A DNA stretch of 63,172 bases, filler included, from Choristocarpus tenellus KU-1152 (GCA_964200185.2; 12 parts of 12 records of this genome joined end to end with filler, not necessarily neighbours in it); one strand, 5' to 3'. Shown: positions 24,491 to 39,375, counted from the whole stretch's first letter. The notes: generated by a model from the letters alone, not told the origin. Program-made: numbers and translations.

Positions 24491-26522
24491 ATACGTGTAT
24501 ACCAGGCAGTTAACAGCTCACACAACATTGGCTGCAGTACAAAAGATTACCCCACCCATAACTTCATCAAGGCAAACGCTGAAATATATAAGGATCCAGA
24601 GAACAAGGTGGTGATGAAGGACGTTGTGGACGGAGGGGGCTCATGCAGGTGTGTGTGTGTGTGTTGTGTATGTGTTTGTGTTTGTGTTTAAATATAGTAG
24701 CCTTATATTTGTACAGTGAACTGTACATTGTGGTGAAGTGAGGAAATATTGGGGTGGGTGGGTATCTATATATAGGTGACAGCAATGAGAGCCTGTGTGA
24801 TATTGGAGCAAGGAGTAGTTCTCTCTCTGGTTACTGTCTGTGAAACGAACGGCGGTACAATTGGCTGATGGAGTAAGGAGGAGGTCAGTAGTGTATTTAA
24901 GAGGTATGATGTTGGTTGGGAAAACTGTGTCAATATATTTTTTTTACGTTGTTGACTACGAAGGCGTGCACTCTAGTCCTCAAGGTGGCCCTCCCTTGCC
25001 CTGGATTTGTGACTTTTGTACATGAGACTTGGGGGGGTTTGAAGCATATGTATGGCACTTTTGTTTGGTCCTTGAAGGTAATTTTTTCCACTTGTGTGGT
25101 AAAACAGGGCTCAATGCACGTACACTGCATACTGCAGCGGCGATTCCTTTTGAAATGTTCCATCTTGCTTCAATTGTCAAATACACATTGTCCGCGTTTT
25201 TTTTTTACTAGTGAGGTATAATCTAGCTTTTAAAATCCAACCCCCTCTCCTCCCGTGAGAGTTGCGAGGGCTCTGCTCTTTTGGCAAAGCAAAATGTAGC
25301 TCAAATTACTTTTTTTCCACAGTGCACAGTTTGCAGTAACTCCCCAAAACATTTGGTGTGGTCAGGTTGTGCCCCTCCAGCACGGATGTCTGTTTAGTAT
25401 TTTTTGTGTGTACGAGGCTTCTTAGGGTTAGGGTTAGAGTTAGGTTCCAGGGGTGTTCTCACAATTGTTACAAATGGTCAGGCAGCTTTGCTTCTCCCAA
25501 TAGCCACAGCTATTTTGTGCAAGTACTAGTACAGGTGTAGATGGGTTCATGGTGCCATTTAGTGTGTCCTTTCTGCATGAGAGTCAAAGCAAACGAGGAA
25601 CACCCAGTCAGTGTTGCATTTTGCGGATGCAACAAATATGTGAAAAATCCGGCCTTTTCTACGAATGTGTGTAGAACGTTCTCTGCATTATGTCGACATA
25701 TTTCAAACAACAGAGAAATCAACACTCTCAAGTCAAACCTAGCACTCCATCCATTGATATATGGGTGAGTGGAGAAAGATTGAAAAAACTGGCTTAAAAT
25801 AAAATTTAAAAAAACGGACAAAACCTGGGTGCCTCTCGCTTACTTTGGCTCTGACTGCTGCCCTCCTGTGTTGCCTGCTGCCTGCCCCTTTTATCTCTTT
25901 GTTTTGAATGCTTTGTTTCCGTCATACACGGCCATACACAACTCTATTATTGTTCTTACTGCGTGGGATATTAGTTCCGATGAGGACTGCAATGGAAACC
26001 TTTGCAAGAGGAGGAAGTGTGTGTGTGATGAGGAGTGGACTGGACCCTTGTGCAAAGTCCCGCCAGGTGGACCTGTTGTCACGTTTGAGGTATGTACATC
26101 AGGTAGAGTGTCATTGTGTGCCTTTGTCTACTGATGGACCTGAGAAGACCTTTTGCTAACAAGGGGGTGCATGGTTCACCCTGTGATTGTGCATATTTTG
26201 TAGAACGGTACATTGCAGCTATCTGATTAGACCTTGTTGAGCTTATTGTTGGAAAAGCTCACCTAAATGTGTAGGACTATTCCTGACTCTTGAACCATTC
26301 CCTGACCTGAATGGATGTCTCACGCAGGATCACTCTCGGGAGCGTTGGATGGATGTATTTAGTCCCATGGTTCCAAATTCCCTCGGCATCAGCATGGCAC
26401 TCATCTTTGGGGTCTTCCTCTTGACCTTGGTGGTGCGACTCAGCCACAGGAAAAAGCGAACATTGTATTCTCGAGTTGATTCCTTGGGCCTAACCATACC
26501 TTTTCCAGTGCGCATTGAGTAA
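24491..26522 (+). CDS. Last three exons (24491-24648, 25975-26089, 26328-26522) of a KRE6/SKN1-like GH16 beta-glucan transglycosylase with EGF-like module and C-terminal TM helix
   Basis: IRVYQ...NIGCSTKDYPTHNFIKANAEIY matches the KRE6/SKN1 C-terminal motif. It is followed by CSSDEDCNGNLCKRRKCVCDEEWTGPLC, the hydrophobic LGISMALIFGVFLLTLVV, a basic tail and TAA. Splice phases agree. Confidence 0.8.
25581..25851. mobile_element. MITE family B (intronic)
   Basis: GAGTCAAAGCAAACGAGG...CTCTCGCTTACTTTGGCTC with TGA on both flanks. Confidence 0.85.
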
Positions 26523-27090
26523 ACTTGAAGTTGGTATTTAGGGTAAGAAAATGCTCTGGGTAGAGTCCTAGTGGAGTTGAGTGGTGGTGTCATATGGTAA
26601 GGTTGCAGTAGTTGCCCTCATGAGATTCTTGTACTTTTGCCTCCCAAGGCTGTAATTTTCTGAGAGGTGTTGATTGCCCTTTGTGTATTGATTGTTTTGT
26701 GACTGCTCTGTATGCCTTGATGAAGTAAAGTACTCTTGGTGTTGTTGTCTGTTCTAGGATGAGAATAAAAAGGAAATTGTATGGGTAGAGCACTAGTAAC
26801 TAAAGGATGGGAACGGGGAAGAGCACAAGGATTTTGGGACAACATGTGTATCAGAATGAGTGTCTTAGGTGGCGAGTGAGATGTTGACTGCAGGTAGGTA
26901 GTGCATTAACTTTCCACTTGAAAGGTATCACATTAATCGGCAAACCCTTGCTGTGAGAATGATTGACGTAGCAATACGTTATGTGTTCTGGTGGATGGAG
27001 GCCTTCTCTATATTAAGCAAGGCAGAGAGTACCAAGTGGTGTGGAGTGGCATGGTCTCCTCCTGAGGCGTTGTCGTTGATGTTTCTACCC

Positions 27091-27137
<47 letters not shown>

Positions 27138-28469
27138 ACTATTGTATTCAATTTGATGCCTTGGGAGAGTTTTTTTGTCGATCTATGGTTGCTATCATGG
27201 CACGCTCTCAAGCCTCACTTGATTGATGATGTGCCATAGGACATTAGGAACCATCTCCTCAAGTCCGGTTCAGATTTTCTGTTTGGATAAGTTGGCAGCA
27301 GCCTGTTATGGTCCTCGATTTTGATAGTCGCCACTACTTGACTTGTTTGTTGTGTACCAGCCCCCTTCTATGTGGTGCAGTACAGCACTGACGAAAAGAG
27401 CAATGGTTCAGGAATGAACCCCCCCTTCTTCTGCATGATGTGTTGCTCAATGTTCCCTGCATTGTGTCTGTTATTTTTGTGTTGATGTTTCCGCTGTATT
27501 CATAGGTTTCATATTGGTTGTTTGATGTTGATTTTTGTTTCTACTCTGCCTCTTTGTCATGGGAACCAGGTCTCCTAGTGGTGCAATGACCTGGTGCGTC
27601 CCTCCCTCCCTGTTTCTCTCTCCTGCCTCTCGTTTGGAGATGACATGACTAGTAATACATGAATCCGGACTACATACAAAGTGGCAGTCAAGTATAATAA
27701 CGTCCTTTGTTTGTGGTTGGAAGTCTCTTCTTCTATCAGGTGGAGAGGGCACTTGGTAGGGAAGGAGAGGGTTAGGAGGTGGAGGTGTGGTAGTTGATAT
27801 ATTTGGTAGTTGGTATGGTTGGAGTGGTGTTAGATAAATGAGACAAGATGTTGAGGGTTAATGTTAGTGTTGAAACATGCCTGATGAGTTGTTCTTGCCC
27901 GCAATTTTTTTTTGCTGCCCACCATACCTCCCGTGGCTCAAGAATATGAAATAGCATGGCAGGAATCAACAGTATTAGTAGTAGTGTAAGTGACGCCTTC
28001 ATGACATCATATGAAGAGCACTATGGATTGAATAGCTCTCAAAATTATGTTTTTCTGGACGAAGGGGAATAGCAGACAAACACGCACATATATATAATGG
28101 GGTGGTATAAGCACAGTCATCAATGATGTTGTGTAGCATCAACGGCCATCATCATCTTTCACTTTCCTATGAACAACTGCTGAGTAACTTCAGATTGTGA
28201 TCCTGATAACCAGACTGACTGGGCTTGGAGAGATTGCAAAAAGAGGGAGTGAGAGCTTTTCTTGGTGGATCAGTCATGTCGAAATCTAGAGTAACGTTAA
28301 ATATAGTAGTTCGTGTTTAACTTCTTATTGCTCTGTTACCTTTCATAACGTACCACTACTACTCCACAATAATGTTTGTCAAATGTGGCAGCTAACAATC
28401 TTGCAATAAATCTCCTTCAACGTAGTTCCAACAATCTTTGATTAGTTAGGCCACTCTGAAGAGGGCAAA

Positions 28470-28733
28470 GCGCCAAACCAATTGAGAGGTATGCACGGCT
28501 GCATTTTGAGGATCCCAAGAAAGGGCAAAAAGATGTCATTTTGTACTATTGTAGAAAGAGCCTTTTTCTTCATTGTAGTGCCACTTTGTTTGTGGAAAGA
28601 GGGAATATTAATTTGCGCACACTATTGTGCACATTGCAAGTAATTGAAGTAGAGTGCATTGTAAAGAGTGAGAAAGGTGGCTTAGAATCCAAAAAGGGTC
28701 CAACACCTGCCTATCTCTCAATGAGTTTGGCTC
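28470..28733. mobile_element. MITE family C
   Basis: GCGCCAAACCAATTGAGAGGTATGCA...TGCCTATCTCTCAATGAGTTTGGCTC. Inverted homologue of 55696-55956. Confidence 0.8.
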
Positions 28734-31700
28734 AGAAGAGGTAGAAAAGAAGGCAACAGGAGAAAAAGTTATGATGGTGAGCGATGACACATTCCGCCCG
28801 CTGTCAGCATTGATCAGGACAATCATACGGGTGATGCTTTCGTGGACACAATTGTTGATCCAGACAGTGTAGCATCATTCAATATACACTGTATGATACT
28901 GTGTATGTCGGGTTATTATGCAATTGCTCAATACCAAAGGGGAGGGATAGGTTGGTTGGGTAGACAAGGGGAACATTATGCAGACATAATCATGTAAAAT
29001 ATCAAATATGATTCAGTTCGGATTAACTGTTGATGGTCATACACAAACACCTTACGAAGTATAGCATGTGTATGCTCATAAAGCGGAAGTGAGAGTGAGA
29101 GAGATTTACCTTGAGTGGATGGCAACAATGCTGCACAAAAAAAATAATTTCGCAGTAAAATTAGTAGTAATTCTCTGTTTTGATACATATTTTCCATTAC
29201 GGATTTTGAGATAATATGGCGGTAAATAGCATGTTGTGACACAAATTTATTATTGATTGGGTAATATGGGTTTATATCATTAACAGGTAGAAGACGGTTG
29301 ATTCTAACGTAGACATTGATGTAGTACATGTTGCATTGTTAGTTTCTGAACGCTTACTTGTTTGAGCACTCGCTGTCTGCTTCGTGAGCAAGAATGGAGG
29401 GCAAGGTCTGCCCCAAGTTACACAAGAGAGTACGAATAAGCTGCTTGTAAACTATCCGGACCACTCCACAAAGAAAATGAAGACATTGACACATTATTGG
29501 GGATAAGTCTACCAGCTAATATTTGAGGAAAGCACTGATGTCGCAAACAACACACAGGCATAGATCAAATCTCCTCTTCAGAAAAATTGTTGTATTTGTG
29601 TAGCCCATCTTACATATTATTATTTTACCCTATAAATATTTGTCTTAAATACCACTATGCTGTAGGAACATTTCACTGCCACGTCTTGTCAAACTTTGCA
29701 TTAACAATACTACTAGGTTATGTACTATAATTCATATTATGGCGATCATACACTACCCCGAGAAGGATCTTCCCTGGACTCCTTAGACCACCTGTGCTGG
29801 CTCAGCGAAAGAGTGCGCCACTATGTGTCCACAGTCAGCCACACAAAACAAAGGGTCTCGGGTTGATGTAGCTTGGCAGTACGGTTTGTGATCAGGCTGG
29901 TTGGTTGAGTTTCTGTGTGAAGGACTAGCATATTGCCTTTCCCGTAAATAAAGGCATGCCTGGTGCTGCTGCTGCTGCCGTTCTTGTCTTGGTCAGATAG
30001 GTGAACTAGATTAAGTTGCTTATCTAGGCAGTTGAATATCTCACTATGATGGTGGCCCGTGTCTTTTTCTGAGAGCAGGATGTCTGCCACCACTGTTTGT
30101 CGAGTCGAGTCAAACTCTCAACCCCAACTTTATAAATGGACGGTGATAAGGTATTATTACACTTTGTACTCCCACTGCTCCTCGGTCATAATTTTAGTTG
30201 AGATAATCATATTTTGAATTAGTTCATCGAGAATAGGTCTGCTAGAACACCCAATCTAGCTAGATGGATGGTCCTCCCACTGCTGCTGCTACTGCTGCTA
30301 CTAATTTCACAAAGTATTCCTTCAGAGTACATATTGGATGTTGCATCACATTACCCGTGTTACGTGGAGCAATACCCAGAATAGATTGATGGGTTCAGGG
30401 ACATGTTTCCTCTTCTGCGCGCATCCATGCGAGTCCAAGTTGTAGACGATACGTTCTGCTTTTGTGTTTGTTGAGTGTTACTTCATTTTGATTTGAGTGG
30501 ATATTGATAGCTGCGCTCTCAGAAAAATATCGTTTTGGAGGTGCTGATGATCTGGGAGGTTATGTGTGCGACTGTCGACCATGATGATTGGAAATCAGAC
30601 TTCTTAGTGGTGATGAGCCAAAGTACAAGAGAGGTACCCCGGTTCATTTTTTATTTTACCATTTATCCTTTTTTCTATGGATGAAGGGCTAAGATTGACT
30701 TGATAGCATTGATTCTCTATTGTTTGACATTTTCTACAGAATTCAACAAAAAAAGTTCCTATAAACTTCTGTACAAAACCCTGATTTTGCACACATTGTC
30801 AGCATCCTGAAAGTGTAACCCCGGGTACCTTTCACTTCATTTGACTCTGGTGGGAGACCCACGGTATCCTAGAGGAGAGGTCAGGCGTCCATTGGGGGCC
30901 TGTGGGACCCTGTTGTGATTTCCATATCATATGAGCACACGTTTCTGATGCAAGGGTAATTTTCTTCGTCTAAATACGCCTTCCTCTTCCATTCTCTTCC
31001 CTGAATCAAGCTCGAAAGAATATCATTCACAAAACGCGCATCAAACTGGGGTATCTTACAACATCTCATCAAGCCCCGAACGGACAACCTGGGCTAAACA
31101 TTCCCCCGTCTAGGATATTATGACCCCGGTTGCCTAGTAGCATGCCCCATTCGTGTTTCTCAACTCCTCCAGTTTGGAAAGAGTGAAATGTTGAGCGTTC
31201 ATGTTGTCATACAGTATTGTACATTCGTTCAAACTATTTTACTTATACCACCACTGCATCCGGTCAGAAGGGGCTAGATCCTCTTCACTATTGTCATCGC
31301 ATTCTTCATAACAACAAGGACCTTGCCAACCATGAGAAATCATTCCGCCCCCAACATGAAGATGGTATCCCACACCATACCAGCCATGTCAACTATAAAT
31401 TATATAGAATGACCATAACCTATCAACATTTGACGTGCGTTCAATGCGTCATATGTATGCAGAATACACACGGTTATATGGTAGGTAACTTGGGTGAGGT
31501 TGTAGAAAGCTGAATTACCCAACAATTTCTGTGGCTCAGACAAATGTCTGGAGATGGTCCTTCTTTCTTTCCTAGGTGCCCCTTCCAAAAATGTACTATT
31601 TTTGTGTGCTTGGTCTCAGCCCCTTCTGTTTCAAATAATTTGCTACGGTTGTCAGCATGATCACCTTCGTCTTAAGAATTTTGCAATCAGATAAACCTGT

Positions 31701-32540
31701 TGTGACAACACAGTCCACCGATATTCCAGTCAAGTGCTCCTGTGCCTCATTTGCTACAATCATAATGGGCTACTGCCTGCTTTTTATTGTCAAGATGGGC
31801 TACTGCAGAGCACAAGGCTATTAGTGGGTAACAGTTGGGGGCTGTGTCACGAGGCAAAGAAGAGGGAAGCTCCACCAGTTAGTACCCACGGTGCTCTATC
31901 AACCCCGGAAGGAGATGAACAACCTCTCAAAGCGCTTGACAGCATTGGGGGGTTGTAACTGGGTAAATCCGTGGGGACTGTGCTAGGGGAAAAGAGAAGG
32001 TACACTTGGTACTAAGCAGCCACAGTGCTGGAGCAGCACCAGGAGGAATCGCACAGGAGGGGCTGTGTGGTCAGGAACCTCCAACAGTCACCAGTCATTA
32101 TACTCTAGCAGCAGCATCAAGAGGGAAAGGACTCTGTTAGTCTGTACCTGGCTAGAAAGGATGAACTGTACGCTTGATAAGTAGAAGGGGTGGGCTGTGC
32201 CGGGGGGGGTCCATGCCAACCCGTGCAAAATTTGATGATTGAGCTAAATGTAGATGCCATCTATGTTGAATGTGTAGGTAGGTAGATGTGGCCTGTACGC
32301 CCGTAGCATTGACCTTCAATTGGTTAACAGGAAATTCTAAACTACTACTACGTGATACAAGAAGGCATCAAGGGTCAGGGAGGGAACAGCAATAAACAAT
32401 TGACTTTCTGGGTCAAAATTTTCCCCCAATAATGTTCAACAGAAATTTGTTGGAACTATGGGTAGAAGGTGAGGGAGGGTTTTTCTGACAATAGTTGCAA
32501 AAAAACTCCGCTTTGTGTGTAGTGGTAAGATACTACTATT

Positions 32541-32800
32541 GAGTCAAAGTAAAAGAGAGGTACCCAGAGTTGCATTTTTGGATGCTGGAAAATCTGTGTA
32601 AAATTCGACTATTTTCTACAGATGCGTATAGGATATTTTCCGAACTGTATCGAAACCCTTCAAACTTTAGAGAAACAAACCTCTCAAGTCAAACTTAGTA
32701 CTTCATCCATAGAAATAATATGGGTGAATTGCAAAAGATGAAATACTGACTTATAGTGCAAAACGACCAAAAACTGGCTACGTCTGGCTTATTTTGGCTC
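32541..32800. mobile_element. MITE family B
   Basis: GAGTCAAAGTAAAAGAGAGGTACCCAGAG...CTTATTTTGGCTC with ATT on both flanks. Confidence 0.85.
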
Positions 32801-34092
32801 ATTAATACTGGCAATATCTTGTTTTATTCCCCCCTACGGGATACCAACTGTAGCAACATGTTGCAGGGGGTGAGTGGTTGATTGCGGAGTTTAACAAAGC
32901 TTTATGAATCCGCATGAACAGTCGCAACCCTTGAAAGCAGATACCAACATAAAAATAACCCAGAGTATAGTAACACATACATAGGAGGTATGGTAGGGTG
33001 AAGGCGTGGTGAAGAAGATTGAAGTTGAAGGTATACACTCTTTGATTGTTGAGTCAAGATATTGTGCATAGGTCAAGTTTCAAGATGTGGTATGCATTCT
33101 AGTCATTATTGTAATACGAATAGTATTAATAGTAATGGTTGTAGTTGTAGTAGTAGTATTAGTAGTATGCGCTGAAGGTGGTAGAAATTACTTAGTAATA
33201 TTGTACTACCGCTACACAATTAGTAGTATACAATGTGTGTGTGGAAAGTGCGTCAAAATTTCTTCTCAGTACTTCGCTATAGTATTGATTATGATTTTAG
33301 TTTGACATAGACGGGGTGCGTGTATGGATGGTGAGGTGTTTCCATGTATGTTTGTTTGTGTTGTGTGTGTGCCAACTACCAACAAGTACTGTGACTATGT
33401 TTTGAATTTATATTTGATTGATTATAATTTGGGAAGGGCATTCGATTCTATCGCCACTCACTGTTACGCACAAACAGAGTGATCACGGTCGATGTAGTGA
33501 TTTGGGGGGATGACTTCCACACAATACTACTACAACTGTTTTATGGCTCGACCAAGCTCATATATAGTATATACACGGCGCTGTCCAACAAGTAGACTTC
33601 AATTTAGATAAAAACGTCAAGAAGCAAAATAGTGGACCATATCCCAGATGGGTATGTCCATATGTCCTGATGTTATCATATAATATAAATAGAGCCAGTT
33701 TTATCACTTTACCTCACTTCTACAGTGAATATGTAGTTGTATTTGATGATTAATTTGGTGATCAAACCAGAATCACAAACCAGAACCTCCCAAATCCTTA
33801 CTAAATTTTGAAAGTATATGCAAAAAACTTCCCAAAATATCTCATGATAGAAACATCTGGTGAGCACAATGTGTGTGGCGCAATACATAGTCAGTACCAC
33901 CTTGCTTTGTAAATTGGCACCTGTGCTGACTCAAAGGCTCTCCCGCNNNNNNNNNNNNNNNNNNNNNNNNNNNNNNNNNNNNNNNNNNNNTTAATTAATT
34001 AANNNNNNNNNNNNNNNNNNNNNNNNNNNNNNNNNNNNNNNNNNNNCCCGGACATCTCCCCTTTCCCCCACCGCGCCGCTTTCCCGTGGGGG

Positions 34093-34130
<38 letters not shown>

Positions 34131-37100
34131 AGGGGGCTGGAATATTTTCCCGGATATAACTGCAACAGGGATGTAAACAATAAATATATAAAATTACAGG
34201 GCGATTTTTTCGTCAGGCTGGGCGGGGGCAGATAGCAAGTCCACTGTTGGTCGTACAGGCCCAGACCGGCCTGCAGTCTGGGCTTGTTGAAATAGTCGAC
34301 GGCCGTGGACTCGGCCATGTTCGAACTTACGTTTGTACCTATTCAGTGGGACTACAACCCCCCCGGTCATGTCAAATGTTGAGGTAGCAGTGACCATGGA
34401 CTTGGCCAAGTCAAATGTATATTTATGTATATGGCCAGCCAGTTAATATTTTCTAGGCACTCGTATTGGCCATGTCTATTGGCCATGTCTATTGGCCATG
34501 GCTCCCTCTCGCACTTGCATCTTGAGACCGATGCTACTGCTGTAAACAATATTAAAATACTAAAAAAAAACTAAATGTGCAGTACGATGGGCAGGTTGCT
34601 CTCTACTTCAATGCACTAGACTAGACTATTTATTTATTTTTAAGTTCAGTATCAATCAATCGCACAAAAGCGTGTAAAATAGCAAAGCAGCACTACCACC
34701 GTCCAAACAACTCAAAGCACTCAAAACTGTGAACTCAAAACAAAACACACCATCAACCACTTGGGTCCAAACACTCAGTACAAATACATGCACCTTCCCA
34801 CTCAGCACACCAGACCGCAAACTTCTTTCTGTCCACACCATCAAGAGTAAGCCCTGTCGAACACTTCACCAACACCATACTGCCATCGACTCATCAAGCG
34901 CACTCGAGGCACCAAGCAAAACGGAGACCCCCACCCCCCCCGCCGCGCGCTGAACTCGATAACGCCTTCCTCAATCGCCCAGACTGTCTTGTCACACACT
35001 AGATGTACAAATAAATGATCAATATCTCTTGCAACCTTTCAGATCGTCTCAGTAGCAACGCCTGATAACCTGTCCAAGTAAAGCAGTGTCAGCACGTATT
35101 GGACCTGAAATCACAACGAAACGCCTCCGTGGCATCGAGGGCCAACCTCCCTGACCAGATTTGGGGCAGTGCTTCACATTTGTCCGGGCCATTCTCAACC
35201 TGTGGGGCCCGATCTTGAGTTCCGTGTGACTTGCGTTGAGATGAAGGTCTCGTGTCGGAGAGAGCACTTCTGCTTAAGCTCAACGTGATCTACACACTGT
35301 GACAGTATTGGTCGTTCTTCAAACTTCCCTCTCGTCTCCAAAAATGGCGGCTCTTTGGTGTTCTGTCTTGTATTTTAAATCATGGTTTCCCAACATATTC
35401 GGCGTCGCGGTGCTTACACTCGAACGCTTTGCGCCTCAAAATGAACCTCTGGCATAGGGGGAAGGACTTCATCCAAGCATGCGCTTTGATCTGTTCACTG
35501 TGATGGCATTGAACTTCCTTTGAACTCCCCCCCCCCCCCCCCCCCCCCATCCATATAGGCATTCTCACCCATAATCTCTTCCACCCCCTCTCGTTTCCCC
35601 CACCCCACNNNNNNNNNNCTGTGATGGCTGTGAACTTCCTTTTACCCCCCCCCCCCCCCCCCCACTTCAGATTCATAGGCGATACTCCATCATGACTTGC
35701 GCTCACCTTGAGGTTTACCACACGGCATCGAAGTGAAGGCACTCTAAAGTGTCTAAAGTGTCTCCAGTGCATGTCTCTCTGCTGGGCAGATGGGGGTATT
35801 CCCAAAAAATGTTTTGCCTCATGTGTGCTAGTAGTAACACCTCCCAATGCACTTCAAAACACACGTGCTGAGTGCTGATTTTGGGTGCATTTGATTATTC
35901 TAGCACGGTAAGGTGGCTGTTCAAGTGTGCAAGGATATACAATAGTAATACACACTGTATATGTACTTGACTCATTTAATTTTCCACATTATTTTTCTCA
36001 TCATTCTCATGGTATGACGGCAATCTAGTACATACATACATACAACGAGAGAGAATTTTTGCTATTTTATATCAGGACCCAGCTCAGACAGGGCAGCAGC
36101 CAGACATACTTTGCAGAACCATGTGGGTGGACTATCAACAACGTTCTCAGTGGTGATTGTCTGCCATCTTTGCAGTGCAGTAGCGTTGCAAGACATGGTG
36201 ACAGTTACGCGACAGTTACGTGACAGTTACATGACATATCAAATGGGTCAAAGCGCGGCATAGTACAACAGGCATTAGACCACGTTGCAATAACTGGAAA
36301 GGGAGTAATGGTTCAATTTACGGAATAATATTTATTGCACTTTCTTTTTCATTATTTCTTGAAATGAAAAGCTTGTTTTTTTTATATTGGTGCAACAGGT
36401 CCTGTCAAGCCTGCAACAGATACAATATCCTTAGTACTCCATCTGAAGTATGTAATAGTTAGGGTTAGGGTTACCATATCCTTAGTACCTCATTTTAAGT
36501 AATAGTTAATAGCCCTTCCAACGGAGTACGATAGTTGATCACACCAATGATGGGTGTGATAGGTCCAAATCGTTATAATCACTTGTGCGGCATGATGTAG
36601 TTCAAAATACATGACAGGAATTGACAGGATTCTGACAGGCAAACACAAACGCACTTACTTCCACTATTGCCAAATGCTGTTCGTAGCACTGTATGTACTC
36701 CTGGTAATTGACAACGCCTTCGATAGATACCACAGCAACAATAACGCCTTCAAAATATGCAACAGTTAGCGACTGTCCTTAGATACAGCAGAGAAGTATC
36801 CCTTTCAAAGGTAAACAATGCATATACACAACAGAAGAGTCAACAACACCGACGGATACAATACAAAAAATACCACTTGCAACACATACATACATACAAA
36901 ATACATACACATAATATACATATACATACACATAATATACATATACATATACATAATATACATACATATACCCAATAGTTACCAACATGACTGGCAACAA
37001 AAATAAAAATAAACACTATGATGGACGAAATAGCTAAAACACACTAATCAAAAGACAAGACTATCCCCTGCACTTGTCAATCGACAAAAACAGATGTCCT

Positions 37101-37515
37101 ACCCAACGGAATTACCACCAGAAAGCACCGAATTACAAAAAACAAAACAAACAACCCCCCTCCAAAAAAACTCCATGTCAAAAACCAGGGTGCACATGGC
37201 AGCATCCTCGCCACAAACTACATCACACAGCATTTGGCAACTCCCTCACAAGTACATCACGCCTTTCAGCCTGCGCTCATGGACCCAAGGGGCAGATAGG
37301 GGGTAACATTGGAAGGCGGAGGCTGCAAGAGCAGTTCAGGACGCTGTACAAAGTGCCTGGCCGCGCCCTGGTCGCGGGTGGCCCGCCCGCTCTAGCACTC
37401 ACTCTCCGCCCCCACNNNNNNNNNNNNNNNNNNNNNNNNNNNNNNNNNNNNNNNNNNNNTTAATTAATTAANNNNNNNNNNNNNNNNNNNNNNNNNNNNN
37501 NNNNNNNNNNNNNNN

Positions 37516-38495
37516 AATGACGTCCTCATACGAACGATGGTGTTGAGTTTGGCATCCACACAATTTGCTTCTGGAGTGGTGCATATATGTGTAATTATAG
37601 GACATTCAACACACTAGGAGTTGGGGTAACTATCTCAGCCAGACATACTCAATAGACAGCAATAGGGACTAGGGTAAACTAATACACAAATACAATGACG
37701 TCCTCATACGAAAGATGGTGTTGAGTTTAGCATCCACACAATTTGCTTCTGGAGTGGTGCATAGATGTGTAATCATGGGACATTCAACTCACTAGGAGAT
37801 GCGGTAACTATCTTAGCCAGACATACCCAAAATACAGCAATAGGAGCTGGGGTGAACTAATAAACAAATACAATGACGTCCTCATACAAAAGATGGTGTT
37901 GTTGAGTTTAGCATCCACACATTTTGCTTCTGGAGTGGTGCATAGATGTGTAATCATGGGACATTCAACACACTAGGAGTTGGGGTAACTATCTCAGCCA
38001 GACATACTCAAAAGAAAGCAATAGGGACTAGGGTGAACTAATACACAAATACAATGACGTCCTCATACGAAAGATGGTGTTGAGTTTAGCATCCACACAT
38101 TTTGGTTCTGGAGTGGTGCATAGATTTGTAATCATAGGACTTTCAACACACTAGGGAGTTGATGTAACAATCTCAGCCCAACATCCTCAAACAAGTGCAA
38201 TAGAGGCTAGGGTACTAATACACAGAAACAATGGTGTCCTCATACCAAAAATGGTGTTGAGTTTGATATCCACACATTTTGCTTTTGGAGTGGTGCACAG
38301 ATGTGTAACCATGGGACATTCAACTCACTAGGAACTAGCATAAATTCTCGCCTAGACACTCAAAAGACAGTGGTAGGGGGCTAGGATTAACTACTAAACA
38401 GATACGATGGTGTCCTCATACGAAAGATGGTGTTGAGTTTAGCTTCCACACATTTTGCTTCTGGAGTGGTGCATAGATATGTAATCATAGGACAT
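37516..38495. repeat. ~178-bp satellite, at least 5.5 units, running into a gap
   Basis: aatgacgtcctcatacgaaagatggtgttgag starts at 37516, 37694, 37872, 38053, 38230 and 38406. Confidence 0.95.
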
Positions 38496-39375
38496 GAATC
38501 ATGGTAGGGGACTACCATAATATCTGACATAGAACTTTTGCAATAGATATGATGTAACAGGTTTATCAGAAGAGCACGTTTCAAGGTAGCTAAGACATTG
38601 AAAAGGTGTGACTACACATTTGCGTAAGAGCATATTCATACGAAAGATGGTGATTGATGTTGATCTACACATTTTGTTTCTGGACTATTGGATTTATAGC
38701 TACACAACACACCTATGTACAACAGTATTACAAATCTTATGTTTAGTGTTTGCCCACATACCCTCAAATTCAGTAGTACCTCAAATAGTGAAAATCCAAG
38801 CTACTTTCAAGTGATCTCAGTGAAATTGAGAGAAATGTGTTTCGCACCTACGCAACCACTACGTTGATTGTTAAATAATCCTCTCTTCCACCATCCTCTT
38901 AAATGAGTACACATTTTGTTATGAAGTGGTGAAAATATTGCATATTGACAGCATCACAAAGATGTAAAAACAATTGTAGGAACAGCAACTTAATTTCAAG
39001 GCTGAACTAAACAACCAACACTTGATTATAATTCACAAAAATAGGCTAGATTGGTAAGATAAAATTTATCCTTTTGATGTTTACTTCTTAAGATCAGTGC
39101 AAAAATAAAGCTTTCTACACAAACGTTTGAATTTCCTGACCACTAGTTTGTATTTGTTAAACTGGTCGTGAGAACTGATATCTTCTGTATCAAGTGGTTC
39201 TTTATGATCTTGCTCTAATATTTTAGAGCCTGGCTTGAATATTACACCAGCACTATACTCCCAAAAAGCAGCTTTAAAATGAAGAGTGGATTGAAGACTA
39301 CATATGGATTGCAATATACCGGATACAATACATTAATACTACAGCAAGGTATAGAATACATCACAAATCAAGCAC

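Noticed and set aside
29700-32200. Coding-looking fragments on both strands
   Set aside because: Many stops, no recognisable motif and no consistent splice model. Probably decayed TE sequence.
34980-35350. GC-richer minus-strand ORFs
   Set aside because: Short, overlapping, and without a motif or clear exon boundaries.
37516-38495. CRISPR-like or coding interpretation of the 178-bp array (and the 209/269-bp arrays)
   Set aside because: Whole units are homologous with no unique spacers, the periods are not multiples of 3, and there are no cas genes.
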